This document shows, piece by piece, positions 30,115-39,767 of a stretch of DNA of 64,000 nt. The notes below the pieces were generated by a model, which saw nothing but the letters and a program-made list of their open reading frames with translations, was not told where the DNA came from and did no database searches. Source of the stretch: Candidatus Eiseniibacteriota bacterium (GTDB taxonomy: Bacteria > Eisenbacteria > RBG-16-71-46); NCBI GenBank assembly GCA_038231135.1, contig JBBRLX010000020.1, forward strand, positions 9,548 through 73,547, given 5' to 3'. Positions within the stretch are counted from its first letter, which is position 1, and each line of letters opens with the position of its first letter. A program made the position numbers and the translations under genes.

Positions 30115-31725
30115 ATGCCGAAGCTCCGCTACGCCGCGTGGATCCTGATTGCCGCAAGTCCGTGGGGTTGCAGCCCCGGTGGCCCGTCGCCGGCGGCCGT
30201 CGCGAAGGTTCTCGCTCATGAGCTGGCCGCGCATGGTGGCGCATCGCGCGTCGCGGGTGAGAGCCTGCTGGAACCCCGCACGCTCGCGAAGTTCTACGCG
30301 GCCCGCCGCTCCATGCCGGCCTGGGACCGCAACGGCGTCGCGGAGATCACCCAGTCGATCCGGGGCGTGGAACGCGACGGGCTCGTTCCCGCAGACTATC
30401 ACCTCGCAGCCATCGGGAAGCTCGCGGCCGCGAACGGCGCGGGCGACGCCGCGACCGCGGCCCGCCTCGACATCCTGATGAGCGACGCGGTGGCGGCGAT
30501 GGCCGACCACATGCATTACGGACGTGTCCAGCCGGCGCGGCTGAACCCGGAATGGAACGCGGATCCGCGTGACGGTGCGCCGCCGCTCGAAACCACGCTC
30601 GCGGCGATCGCCGGCGGCGGGTCGGTCCACACCGCGATCGAGCGGCAGCGGCCGGATCACTTCATCTATCGTGGCCTGCTCGAGACCTACGATCATTTGC
30701 GTACGATTGTGGCGAACGGCGGGTGGCCCCGGGTGCCCGCGGGCCGCAAGCTCGTGCCGGGTGTACGGGACGCCCGCATCCCGGTGGTCCGCCGCCGGCT
30801 GCGGGTGAGCGGCGAATTCGACGGCCAGGGCGGCGCCGATTCGACGCGCTACGACCCCGCGCTGCGCACGGCGGTGGGGCTGTTCCAGGCGCGGCACCGG
30901 CTCGACGACACGGGCGCGATCGACGCGGCGACGGTCGCGGCCATGAACGTGAGTGCGGTGGACCGGACGCTGCAGGTGCGCGCGAACCTCGAGCGCGCCC
31001 GCTGGGTGCTGGGGGGACTGGGCGGCGACTTCATGCTGGTGAATCTGCCGGCGTTCAAGGCCTATCGCATCCGGGACGGCAGGAACATCTGGGAGGCACG
31101 CACCCAGATCGGGCAGGAGGCGCTGCAAACTCCGACGTTTCGCGCCGACATCCGCACGGTCGTGTTCAATCCCGACTGGACGGTGCCGCCCACGGTGATC
31201 GCGCAGGAGCTCCTCGCGGACATGCGCGACGGCAAGGACATCCTCGGCGACAAGGGTCTCGTGCTGTACGACAACCACAATACGGTCGTCGACCCCAAGA
31301 CCGTCGATTGGAAGACTGCGACGCCCGAGACGTTTCCGTATACCATCCGCCAGCCGGCCGGTGACGACAACGCGCTCGGCAAGGTGAAATTCCTGTTTCC
31401 GAACAAGTACGCGATCTACCTCCACGACACCCCGAGCCGCCAGTTGTTCGCCGCGAGCCGGCGGACGTTCAGCCACGGCTGCATTCGCATCGAGAATCCG
31501 CTCGAGCTCGCGGAGGTGCTGCTGCGGGACCAGGGCTGGGATGCGGCCCGGATCCAGTCCGTGATCGCGTCGGGGGAGACCCAGAACGTCGAACTGCAGA
31601 AGCCCGTGCCGATCCTCATCGTATATTGGACCGTGAGCGTGGGCGCATCGGGCGAGGTGCGCTACGCCGACGACATCTACCATCTCGATCCGCCGCTGCT
31701 CGCGGCGCTGGGAGCCACCCGATGA
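30115..31725 (+). CDS. YcbB/LdtD-type L,D-transpeptidase with a peptidoglycan-binding domain
   Basis: Scaffold domain, AV..FQ.RH.L..TG PG-binding motif, NP.W.VP, RQ..G..NALG.VKF.FPN and HDT...SHGCIR catalytic motif. Confidence 0.92.
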   Translation: MPKLRYAAWILIAASPWGCSPGGPSPAAVAKVLAHELAAHGGASRVAGESLLEPRTLAKFYAARRSMPAWDRNGVAEITQSIRGVERDGLVPADYHLAAIGKLAAANGAGDAATAARLDILMSDAVAAMADHMHYGRVQPARLNPEWNADPRDGAPPLETTLAAIAGGGSVHTAIERQRPDHFIYRGLLETYDHLRTIVANGGWPRVPAGRKLVPGVRDARIPVVRRRLRVSGEFDGQGGADSTRYDPALRTAVGLFQARHRLDDTGAIDAATVAAMNVSAVDRTLQVRANLERARWVLGGLGGDFMLVNLPAFKAYRIRDGRNIWEARTQIGQEALQTPTFRADIRTVVFNPDWTVPPTVIAQELLADMRDGKDILGDKGLVLYDNHNTVVDPKTVDWKTATPETFPYTIRQPAGDDNALGKVKFLFPNKYAIYLHDTPSRQLFAASRRTFSHGCIRIENPLELAEVLLRDQGWDAARIQSVIASGETQNVELQKPVPILIVYWTVSVGASGEVRYADDIYHLDPPLLAALGATR

Positions 31726-33827
31726 AACACGTGCTCGTGCTGATCGCTGTCGCCTGCCTCGTCACCGCCGCGGCGCCGGCGCACCGCCACGTCCCGCGCC
31801 GGTCCGAGACGCCGCACCGGCCGGCTGCACCGCATCCGGGCCCGGCGCTGGCGCAGAACTCGGACGCTGCGCACTATCTCGACCAGTTCATCGATCACTC
31901 CGTCTCGCCCCGCACGGACTTCTTCCACTATTCGGTGGGCAAGTGGCTCACGAACAATCCGATTCCCGCCAACGAGCGGTCGTGGGGCATCGCGCACGTG
32001 GTGCAGGAGGAGACGTACCGGCGCCTGCTGAGGATCAGCGAACTGGCGGAGGCGAATCCGAGCGCGCCACACAACAGCAACCCGCAGAAGATCGGTGACT
32101 TCTGGAACGCCGGCATGGACACCGTCGCGATCGCCCGCCAGGGCATCACGCCGCTCGCCGCCGAATTCGCGCGCATCGACGCGATCAAGAACCACGACGG
32201 CCTGCTCGCCGTGGTGTCGCGGCTCCAGTACATCGGCGTCGGCGCCCTGTGCGCGCTGTCGATCCAGCAGGACGAGATGCGCAGCGACCGCTCCGCGATG
32301 CACCTGTACCAGGGCGGGCTGGGCATGCCGGACCGCGACTACTACTTCGACAAGGACGCCCGCTCGACGATGCTGCGGCGCGCCTACGTCACCCACGTCG
32401 CGCGCATGCTGCGGTTCCTCGAGCCCGATCCAGGCAGGGCGCGCGCCAGCGCCTCGACGGTGATGACGATCGAGACGGAGCTGGCGAAGGCGTCCCGCAA
32501 GCTCGAGGACCTGCGCGATCCGCACGCGAACTACCACAAGATGTCCGTCGACGGCGTGTCCACGCTGACCCCGTCCATCCGCTGGAAGTCGTTCCTCGAG
32601 CAGGGCAACATCCGCAACGTCGACAGCGTGATCGTCGGCCAGCCCGAGTTCTTCCAGCAGCTCGACAAGTCGCTGCACGCCCATTCCCTCGACGAGTGGA
32701 AGACCTACCTGCGCTGGCAGCTCCTGCATGCCTACGCCGCCGAGGCGGGCGGCAAGTACGACGCCGAGAACTTCCGCTTCTACGGCACGATCCTCAACGG
32801 CACGCCGGAGCAGCGGCCGCGGTGGAAGCGGATGCTCGACGAGGAGGAGGGCTTCCTCGGCGACGCGCTCGGGCAGTTGTACGTGCAGCAGTACTTCTCG
32901 CCGCACACCAAGCAGCGCTACGAGAAGCTCACCAACGAGATCTTCGATGCGTTCCGCAATCGCATCCGCACCCTCGACTGGATGAGCGAAGCCACGCGGC
33001 AGCGGGCGTTGCACAAGCTGTCGGTGGTCACGAAGAAGGTCGGATACCCCAAGCGCTGGCGGGACTATTCGAACTACGCCGTCGACCGGACGTCGTTCCT
33101 CGGCAATTGCGTGCGCGGCAACATCTGGCGCAGCGACTACTACATCGACAAGCTCCACAAGCCGGTGGATCGCAGCGAATGGGACATGACGCCCCAGACC
33201 TACAACGCCTACTACAACCCGTCGAACAACGAGATCGTGCTGCCGGCCGCCATCTTCATCCTGCCGGGCATCGCGGATTCGCTGGTCGACGACGCGATCG
33301 TGTATTCGTACGCGGGTGGCACCACGATCGGCCACGAGATCACGCACGGTTTCGACGACCAGGGCCGGCAGTTCGACGAGCGCGGCAATCTCGTGAACTG
33401 GTGGACGCCCAAGGACGAGCAGGAGTTCAACCGCCGCGCCGCGAAGATCGTCCGGCAGTTCAACAACTACGTGGCCGTCGGCGACCTGCACGTGAACGGC
33501 AATGCCATCCAGGGCGAGAACATCGCGGACCTCGGCGGCATCACGCTTGGCTGGGACGCATTCAAGAAGACCGAGCAGTACAAGCGCGGGAAGCCGCTCG
33601 GCGGATTGACGCCGGCCCAGCGCTATTTCATCGGCTGGTCGCTCGGCTGGATGAATCAGCTGCGGCCGGAGAACCTCGCGGTGCGGGTGAAGACCGACGT
33701 TCACGCCCCGAGCTTCCTCAGGGTGACGGGGCCGGTCACGAACATGACGCAATTCTATGAGGCATATGGCGTCCGGCCCGGCGATCCGATGTATCGCGCC
33801 GACTCGGTACGCGTCCAGATCTGGTAA
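31722..33827 (+). CDS. Secreted M13 (neprilysin/PepO-like) zinc metallopeptidase
   Basis: ATGA overlap; signal peptide; NAYY.P..N, GHEITHGFDD, GENIAD and D.H.P motifs. Confidence 0.95.
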   Translation: MKHVLVLIAVACLVTAAAPAHRHVPRRSETPHRPAAPHPGPALAQNSDAAHYLDQFIDHSVSPRTDFFHYSVGKWLTNNPIPANERSWGIAHVVQEETYRRLLRISELAEANPSAPHNSNPQKIGDFWNAGMDTVAIARQGITPLAAEFARIDAIKNHDGLLAVVSRLQYIGVGALCALSIQQDEMRSDRSAMHLYQGGLGMPDRDYYFDKDARSTMLRRAYVTHVARMLRFLEPDPGRARASASTVMTIETELAKASRKLEDLRDPHANYHKMSVDGVSTLTPSIRWKSFLEQGNIRNVDSVIVGQPEFFQQLDKSLHAHSLDEWKTYLRWQLLHAYAAEAGGKYDAENFRFYGTILNGTPEQRPRWKRMLDEEEGFLGDALGQLYVQQYFSPHTKQRYEKLTNEIFDAFRNRIRTLDWMSEATRQRALHKLSVVTKKVGYPKRWRDYSNYAVDRTSFLGNCVRGNIWRSDYYIDKLHKPVDRSEWDMTPQTYNAYYNPSNNEIVLPAAIFILPGIADSLVDDAIVYSYAGGTTIGHEITHGFDDQGRQFDERGNLVNWWTPKDEQEFNRRAAKIVRQFNNYVAVGDLHVNGNAIQGENIADLGGITLGWDAFKKTEQYKRGKPLGGLTPAQRYFIGWSLGWMNQLRPENLAVRVKTDVHAPSFLRVTGPVTNMTQFYEAYGVRPGDPMYRADSVRVQIW

Positions 33828-33848
33828 AGCCCATGGGGCCGCGGTTGG

Positions 33849-33897
33849 CGAGGGTGGACCCGATTCAGCCGCCGTTCAGGCGCCGGGTCCATCCTCG
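33849..33897 (+). promoter_or_regulatory. Direct-repeat box ATTCAG-N5-GTTCAG (33863-33879) inside the loop of a 14-bp inverted repeat
   Basis: Arms CGAGGGTGGACCCG / CGGGTCCATCCTCG; -10-like CATCCT 10 nt after the box; upstream of phosphatase copy 2. Confidence 0.55.
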
Positions 33898-34019
33898 TGG
33901 TTCATTCTGCGCCCCCCTGACCGGGCTCGCATGCGGATAGCGCGTTGTTCGCGCGATGCCGATGGTGTGCGCCGGTCGCGAGCGCACCCCGGACCGACCC
34001 CCGCGTTAGGAACATCATC

Positions 34020-35549
34020 GTGCGCCTCACATCGATTGCCGCCGTTCTGGTTACGCTGCTGACGTCGGTCGCCGTGGCGCACGCCGCCGACGAGATCCAC
34101 TGGACGATCATGGGCCCGACCTCCGTCAGCTTCGATTGGCGGGGACCCGAGAGCAGCATCGCCTACGGGCCGACCCCCACCTACGGCCAGTCGACCCTCG
34201 CCGTCACGCCCAACCCGCTGCCGTTCTCGTCGGCGGGCCCGTTCTGGGAGGCGCGGCTCACCGGGCTCGCGCCCGACGCGCTCTATCATTACTCGATCGG
34301 CGGCGGTACCGATCACACGTTTCGCACCCCGCGCCGGCCGGGGCAGGCAGGGTTCACGGTCTACGTCGAAGCCGACATCGGCAGCACCGCCGACTATTTC
34401 CGCGCCGGCATCATCCAGAACATGATCGGCGCCGATCCGCCGACGTTCGCGCTGCTCGTGGGCGACCTCACGTACGGCAACTCCAACGGCGCCGCGTCGG
34501 TCGATCAGCATTTCAACGACGTCATGGCGTGGTCGCTCAACGCCGCGTACATGCCGGCGTGGGGCAACCACGAGTACGAACTCGACGCCTACGCGGACGA
34601 CTTCCGCAATTACAAGGGCCGGTTCGACCTGCCACATCCGCAGACGTCGCCCAACGCGCCGCAGCCGGGCGGCATCGGCGAGGACTGGTACTGGTTCGAC
34701 TACGGCAACACGCGGTTCATCACCTATCCCGAGCCGTTCTCGGGCGCGATCGCCGACTGGGCTCCCAGGGCCTCGGCGCTCATGGATACCGCTCAGCGGG
34801 ACACGAACATCACGTTCATCGTGACGCTGGGCCATCGTCCGGCATACTCGTCCGGCCACCATCCGGGCTCCGCGACACTCAAGGGCTATCTCGACGCGAT
34901 GGGTACGGCGCACAGCAAGTACGTGCTCAACCTCTGCGGACATTCACATGACTACGAGCGCACCTACCCGCAGCACGGTGTGATCCACATCACCGCGGGC
35001 GGCGGTGGCGGCAATCTCGAGGAGGACCCGGTGGGCACTTGCCTGTGGCGCGGCGGCTGCCCGGCGCCGGCGTACACTGCGTTCCGCGCGTACCATCACA
35101 GCGCCGTCAAGCTCTCGTTCACCCGCACCGCGATCGTGGCGCGGGCGATCTGTGGACCGGCCGGTGACAACGGCTCGAGCCTGAACGACATCACCTGCAC
35201 GCAGGGCGCCGTGTTCGACCAGGTGACGATCAAGCCGAACGGCGTGACGGCGAGCGTCAGCGCGCCGGGCGTCGAGCTGGCCGCGACGCTGGCGCCCAAC
35301 CCGATGAGTCAGCGGGCGACGCTGGCGTTCACCATGCCGCGCACGGGCCGGGCGAAGGTCCAGCTGATGGACGTCAATGGCCGCTCGGTTCGCACGCTGG
35401 TGAACGGGGAGGAGCTGGCGGCGGGCCGGCACGTGCTTGCCGTGCTGCGCGACGGCCGCGACGGCGCGCGGCTGCCCTCGGGCGTGTATTTCTGCCGGAT
35501 CGAGACGCCGTTCGGTGTCGCGTCGACGAGGTTTGCGATCCTCGATTGA
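34020..35549 (+). CDS. Secreted purple-acid-phosphatase-like metallophosphoesterase (paralog of 14737..17277) with a C-terminal sorting-like domain
   Basis: Probable GTG start; signal peptide ending AHA; the same five metal motifs; lacks the PKD and CBM modules. Confidence 0.88.
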   Translation: MRLTSIAAVLVTLLTSVAVAHAADEIHWTIMGPTSVSFDWRGPESSIAYGPTPTYGQSTLAVTPNPLPFSSAGPFWEARLTGLAPDALYHYSIGGGTDHTFRTPRRPGQAGFTVYVEADIGSTADYFRAGIIQNMIGADPPTFALLVGDLTYGNSNGAASVDQHFNDVMAWSLNAAYMPAWGNHEYELDAYADDFRNYKGRFDLPHPQTSPNAPQPGGIGEDWYWFDYGNTRFITYPEPFSGAIADWAPRASALMDTAQRDTNITFIVTLGHRPAYSSGHHPGSATLKGYLDAMGTAHSKYVLNLCGHSHDYERTYPQHGVIHITAGGGGGNLEEDPVGTCLWRGGCPAPAYTAFRAYHHSAVKLSFTRTAIVARAICGPAGDNGSSLNDITCTQGAVFDQVTIKPNGVTASVSAPGVELAATLAPNPMSQRATLAFTMPRTGRAKVQLMDVNGRSVRTLVNGEELAAGRHVLAVLRDGRDGARLPSGVYFCRIETPFGVASTRFAILD

Positions 35550-35605
35550 GCCTTGCGGCCGGGGGTCTCGCGGTTCGCACGTGAAGCGTTGTAGTCTGAG
35601 TACGC

Positions 35606-36700
35606 ATGACATCATCGACCCCGACGCCCGACCCGCCCGCGCGGCCGATGGAGCTCGGTCTCTACACGTTCGTGGAGAACACTCCCGACCCGCGCTCCGG
35701 GCGCATCGCCTCACCCCTGCAACGGATGCACGACCTCCTCGAGGAGGTCGTGCTCGCCGACCGGGTCGGCCTCGAAGTGTTCGGGGTCGGCGAGCACCAT
35801 CGGGCGGACTTCATCGCGTCGGCGCCCGCGGTGGTGCTCGCGGCCGCCGCGGCCCGCACCCGCACGATCCGGCTCACCAGCGCGGTATCCGTGCTCAGCT
35901 CGGACGATCCGGTGCGGGTGTTCCAGCAGTTCGCCACGCTCGACCTGCTGTCGGGCGGCCGCGCGGAGATCATGGCCGGCCGCGGCTCGTTCATCGAGTC
36001 GTTTCCGTTGTTTGGTTATGACCTCGCGGACTATGACGAGCTGTTCACGGAGAAGCTGGAGCTGCTGCTCGCGATCCGCGACGCCGAGCACGTGACGTGG
36101 GCGGGGAGGCATCGCCCCGCGCTCGCGGGACAGGGCGTGTACCCACGGCCGCTGCAGCAGCCGCTGCCGGTGTGGGTCGCGGCCGGCGGCACCCCCGCGT
36201 CCCTCGCGCGCGCCGCGACCCTGGGACTGCCGCTCGCGCTCGCAATCATCGGCGGCCTGCCCGAGCAGTTCGCGCCGTGGATCGAGTTCTACCGCAAGAC
36301 CGCCCGGGAGGCGGGGCACGACCCGGCCACGTTGCCGGTCGGCATCAATTCCCACGTATGGGTCGCCGAGGATTCACAACGGGCCGCCGACGAATTCTTC
36401 CCACCGTACGCCGAGGCGATGACGCGAATCGGCCGCGAGCGTGGTTGGCCTCCCGTGACCCGCGAGCATTACGAGGCGTCACGCTCATCGCGCGGCGCAC
36501 TACTCGTGGGCAGCCCGCAACAGGTGATCGACAAGATCCTGCTCGAGCATGGCCTGTTCGGAAACCAGCGGTTTCTCGCCCAGTTGACGGTGGGCACCAT
36601 GCCGCATGATCGCGTGATGAAGGCGATCGAGTTGATGGGGACGGTGGTGGCGCCGGCGGTCAGAAAGGCGACCGCTGCGGAATCGCGCTCAACGAGTTGA
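35606..36700 (+). CDS. LLM-class flavin-dependent oxidoreductase
   Basis: [21 protein letters not shown] and GRGSF.ESFPLFG motifs. Confidence 0.92.
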   Translation: MTSSTPTPDPPARPMELGLYTFVENTPDPRSGRIASPLQRMHDLLEEVVLADRVGLEVFGVGEHHRADFIASAPAVVLAAAAARTRTIRLTSAVSVLSSDDPVRVFQQFATLDLLSGGRAEIMAGRGSFIESFPLFGYDLADYDELFTEKLELLLAIRDAEHVTWAGRHRPALAGQGVYPRPLQQPLPVWVAAGGTPASLARAATLGLPLALAIIGGLPEQFAPWIEFYRKTAREAGHDPATLPVGINSHVWVAEDSQRAADEFFPPYAEAMTRIGRERGWPPVTREHYEASRSSRGALLVGSPQQVIDKILLEHGLFGNQRFLAQLTVGTMPHDRVMKAIELMGTVVAPAVRKATAAESRSTS

Positions 36701-36719
36701 AATTCCAGGAGTGCCCCGC

Positions 36720-36784
36720 GGTGTCGCGTGGGGCGAGTATCCTCCGGCGGGGACGGCCTCCGGATACTCGCCCCACGCGACACC
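36720..36784. repeat. Perfect 23-bp inverted repeat with a 19-nt loop between convergent genes
   Basis: GGTGTCGCGTGGGGCGAGTATCC ... GGATACTCGCCCCACGCGACACC. Confidence 0.9.
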
Positions 36785-36817
36785 ACTGCGAGCTTGCTGA
36801 ATTGGCTTGCCAGACGG

Positions 36818-37321
36818 CTAGTGCCCGAACCACCCGTGCATGCCCATCATGTGGTCGGTCATCTTCACGGATGCCAGTTGGAAGGGTGCGGTGGTTTGCA
36901 CCTCGAAGGTGAACTTGTGTTTCGACATGTTGGAATCGTAGAGGTTGACCTGGAGTGCGCCGGGGTCCTGGTTTTCGATGTTGGCGAGGGTGAGCCTGCC
37001 GAAACGTTCCTTGAGCTTCCGGTAGTTGATGGTGCGCTCGCCGATGCTGCGCTGACCCAGGGCTTCCGGGGTCAGGTTGTGCTTCGAGAACTCGCGCATC
37101 TGGGCCTCGCCAGCGTTGAATGCCTGCACCCAGCCGCGGCCGATCGCACCCTCGCGGGTGTCTGGCCAGCCGTCATGGATGGGCACGGAAACGGCGGCGG
37201 GCGCGGTCCTGGCCTGGATAGCCACGGGCTTGGGGGTGGGCGTTGCGGCCCACAACGGTGAAGCGAGCGCGGCTGCGCAGGTCATCGACACTACGAACGA
37301 CGTCCACTTGCGGATCGACAT
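36818..37321 (-). CDS. Secreted hypothetical protein with a His/Met-rich tail
   Basis: GAGGAGG RBS; signal peptide; PDT..G....W..AFN.G motif; ends DHMMGMHGWFGH; co-oriented with the ABC genes. Confidence 0.7.
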   Translation of the reverse strand: MSIRKWTSFVVSMTCAAALASPLWAATPTPKPVAIQARTAPAAVSVPIHDGWPDTREGAIGRGWVQAFNAGEAQMREFSKHNLTPEALGQRSIGERTINYRKLKERFGRLTLANIENQDPGALQVNLYDSNMSKHKFTFEVQTTAPFQLASVKMTDHMMGMHGWFGH

Positions 37322-37379
37322 GGTACGGCCTCCTCGTTGAGTTGACAGTGACGTGAGTTCGGGCTTGTGGACATGCCGT

Positions 37380-39767
37380 TCATTCGTGAGCCAGCGCCTC
37401 GCGCACGGTGAGCCGCGACGCGCGCCAGGCGGGCTGCAGGCTGCTCACGGTGGCCAGCACGACGACGAGGCCCAGCCACGCGAGCGCGGGCAGCGGTGAC
37501 ATGTAGAACGCGAGCGGGGCCCGGAAGAACATCCGTCCGCACACCGCCTCGAGCACCAGGCTCACGGGCGCGGACAGCACCACGGCGCACGCCCAGCTCA
37601 GGACGCCGATCGTGACGCCTTCGATCCACACATGCCGCGAGATCGTACGGGGGCGCGCTCCGATGGCGCTCAGGATCCCGATCTCCCGGGTGCGCTGGAC
37701 GACGTTGAGCGACAAGGTCGACGCGAGTCCCACCGCGCCGACGAACAGCACGATCGCCGACGCCAGCGTCAGCACCGTCAGCAGCACGAGCACGTGGTCG
37801 AGCAGCGCCTGCTTCAACTCGCCCGAGCGCTGGATGCCCGCCAGTTCGAGCCCGGCGGCGGCAAACGTCCGTTCCAGTGCGGCGGATGCCGAGCGCACGG
37901 CGGCGTCGTCGTGCGCGCTCGTCACCACACGGATCGTGCGCGCCGTGCCCGGCACGGCGTGGATCGCGAGCGCCACGGCCGCGGGGGGCGCGTACGCGAC
38001 GGGCATCGGGATCAGTTCGTTCACCACGCCCACGATCGGCCATGACACCCGTGCACCCTTGATGCGCAGCCGCAGCGGCCGGCCGACACCGAGCGACGGG
38101 TCCCGGGTCAGCGTCGCCTGGTTGACCACCACGGCGGCGCGATCGGATGCGTTCAACCAGCGCCCGGCGAGCAGCGGCATCGCGAGCAGCCGGGTCGCGG
38201 CGGGCACCCCGCTGATGCCGATCTGGGCGCCCTGCGAGCCATCGTGATTGACCAGCGTACCGCCGCCCTCCGTCCAGTACTCGGCGCGGGACACGCCGGC
38301 GGTTCCGGCGAGCAGCGGTTCCAGCGTCGGGATCGGAGCCGGCGCCGTCAGCGCCACGGTCAGGTCGTAGCCGCGGGTGCGGAAGTCCTGCTCCACCGCC
38401 CGCACCCATGCGCCGGCGACGTTCTGCGCCGCCATGAACAGCGCGCCGCCCAGCGCCAGCATGCCGACGGTGGTCGCCAGCCGGCCGCGCCTCAGGAACG
38501 TGGTGCGCATCGACAGCACGAGCGGCCGGGGCAGCCCCGCGATGCGGGCGAGCCGCCGCTCCAGGCGCCGCGTGCCGAACGCGCGCGAACCGAAGTCACC
38601 GGCCAGCGCCTCGTGCACCGTGATGCGCGCCCCGCCCAGCACGGGGCCGAGCGCGACCAGCAGCGGCACCAGCACGCCGGCGAGGATCTCGGCGCCCAGC
38701 AGCCAGAGCGGGAACGTGGTGTTCGTGACGTGGATATTGAACATGCCCGCCATGTAGGCCGCGAACCGGCGCCCGGCGTACATACCGGCCGGCAGTCCGA
38801 TGGCGAGTGCCGCCGTCGCGAGCAGCAGCACCTGTCCCAGGTAGAGCGCCGCGATCTGCGCGGTCCGGGCTCCGATCGCCTTCATGATGCCGACCTGGCG
38901 CAACTGCTCCGCCAGCAACCCGTGAATCATCCCGGCCACGAGCACGGCGCTCAGCACGAAGCCGAGGATGCCGAACGCTCCCAGCAGATAGAGGAACGTC
39001 GCCATCTGGTCGGCGTGCGGATGCCGGCCGGGAGGCGGCACGTTCACCCAGGACACCTCGACCCCCTGGCGCTCGATCGCGAGTTTGACGCGCGCCGCGA
39101 CCTCGCGGATGTGCTCCTCGTCGAGCGGGAGGTCGGCCACGACGATCCGGATCTGCGCCGCCTCGTCACCGGCGCTGCGCCGCAGGGCGGAGTTCCAGCT
39201 CACGAACCCCGGCACCATGTGCTCCATCCAGGCCGGCGGCAGGCCTTCCGCGTGCACCGTGCCCGCGACGCCGAGTCTCACGTCCGTGCCGCCGGCCGTC
39301 CGCACCGTGACGGAGTCGCCGTTCCGGGCGTGGGCCACGGACAGAGCCGTCTGCTCCAGCAGCACGTCGCCGGGACCGGGCGGCCAGGCGCCGTCGTTCG
39401 GCTCGAACGTGTCGATCCGCTGCCGGTCGAAGTCGCGAACCACGTAGAACATCGCCGGCACCCACTGGTCCCGGCCGAGCGCGATGCGGCCCATGATCAC
39501 CGGCCGCGCCTCGGCGTCCGCCACCCCGGGCACGCGTCGCACGGAGTCGACGAGCGCATCCGTCACGGAACCGGCCACCAGCACTGCCGACGCGGGCCGG
39601 GTGCGCCCGTATGCGCCGCCCAGCGTGCCGCTGAGGATCGAGTAGGCATAGAGCATGGCGGCGATCTGAAACACCCCGGTCGCCATCGCGAGCGTGGCCA
39701 GCAGCGTGCGTCCCGGCCGCTGCTGGATGTCGCGGAACACCTTCCGCCAGCGCGGGGGGAGCCTCAC
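37380..39767 (-). CDS. MacB/FtsX-like ABC transporter permease (duplicated architecture)
   Basis: Two R..GI..AIGA motifs, two periplasmic domains and terminal PA.RAS.L...EAL. Confidence 0.9.
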   Translation of the reverse strand: MRLPPRWRKVFRDIQQRPGRTLLATLAMATGVFQIAAMLYAYSILSGTLGGAYGRTRPASAVLVAGSVTDALVDSVRRVPGVADAEARPVIMGRIALGRDQWVPAMFYVVRDFDRQRIDTFEPNDGAWPPGPGDVLLEQTALSVAHARNGDSVTVRTAGGTDVRLGVAGTVHAEGLPPAWMEHMVPGFVSWNSALRRSAGDEAAQIRIVVADLPLDEEHIREVAARVKLAIERQGVEVSWVNVPPPGRHPHADQMATFLYLLGAFGILGFVLSAVLVAGMIHGLLAEQLRQVGIMKAIGARTAQIAALYLGQVLLLATAALAIGLPAGMYAGRRFAAYMAGMFNIHVTNTTFPLWLLGAEILAGVLVPLLVALGPVLGGARITVHEALAGDFGSRAFGTRRLERRLARIAGLPRPLVLSMRTTFLRRGRLATTVGMLALGGALFMAAQNVAGAWVRAVEQDFRTRGYDLTVALTAPAPIPTLEPLLAGTAGVSRAEYWTEGGGTLVNHDGSQGAQIGISGVPAATRLLAMPLLAGRWLNASDRAAVVVNQATLTRDPSLGVGRPLRLRIKGARVSWPIVGVVNELIPMPVAYAPPAAVALAIHAVPGTARTIRVVTSAHDDAAVRSASAALERTFAAAGLELAGIQRSGELKQALLDHVLVLLTVLTLASAIVLFVGAVGLASTLSLNVVQRTREIGILSAIGARPRTISRHVWIEGVTIGVLSWACAVVLSAPVSLVLEAVCGRMFFRAPLAFYMSPLPALAWLGLVVVLATVSSLQPAWRASRLTVREALAHE

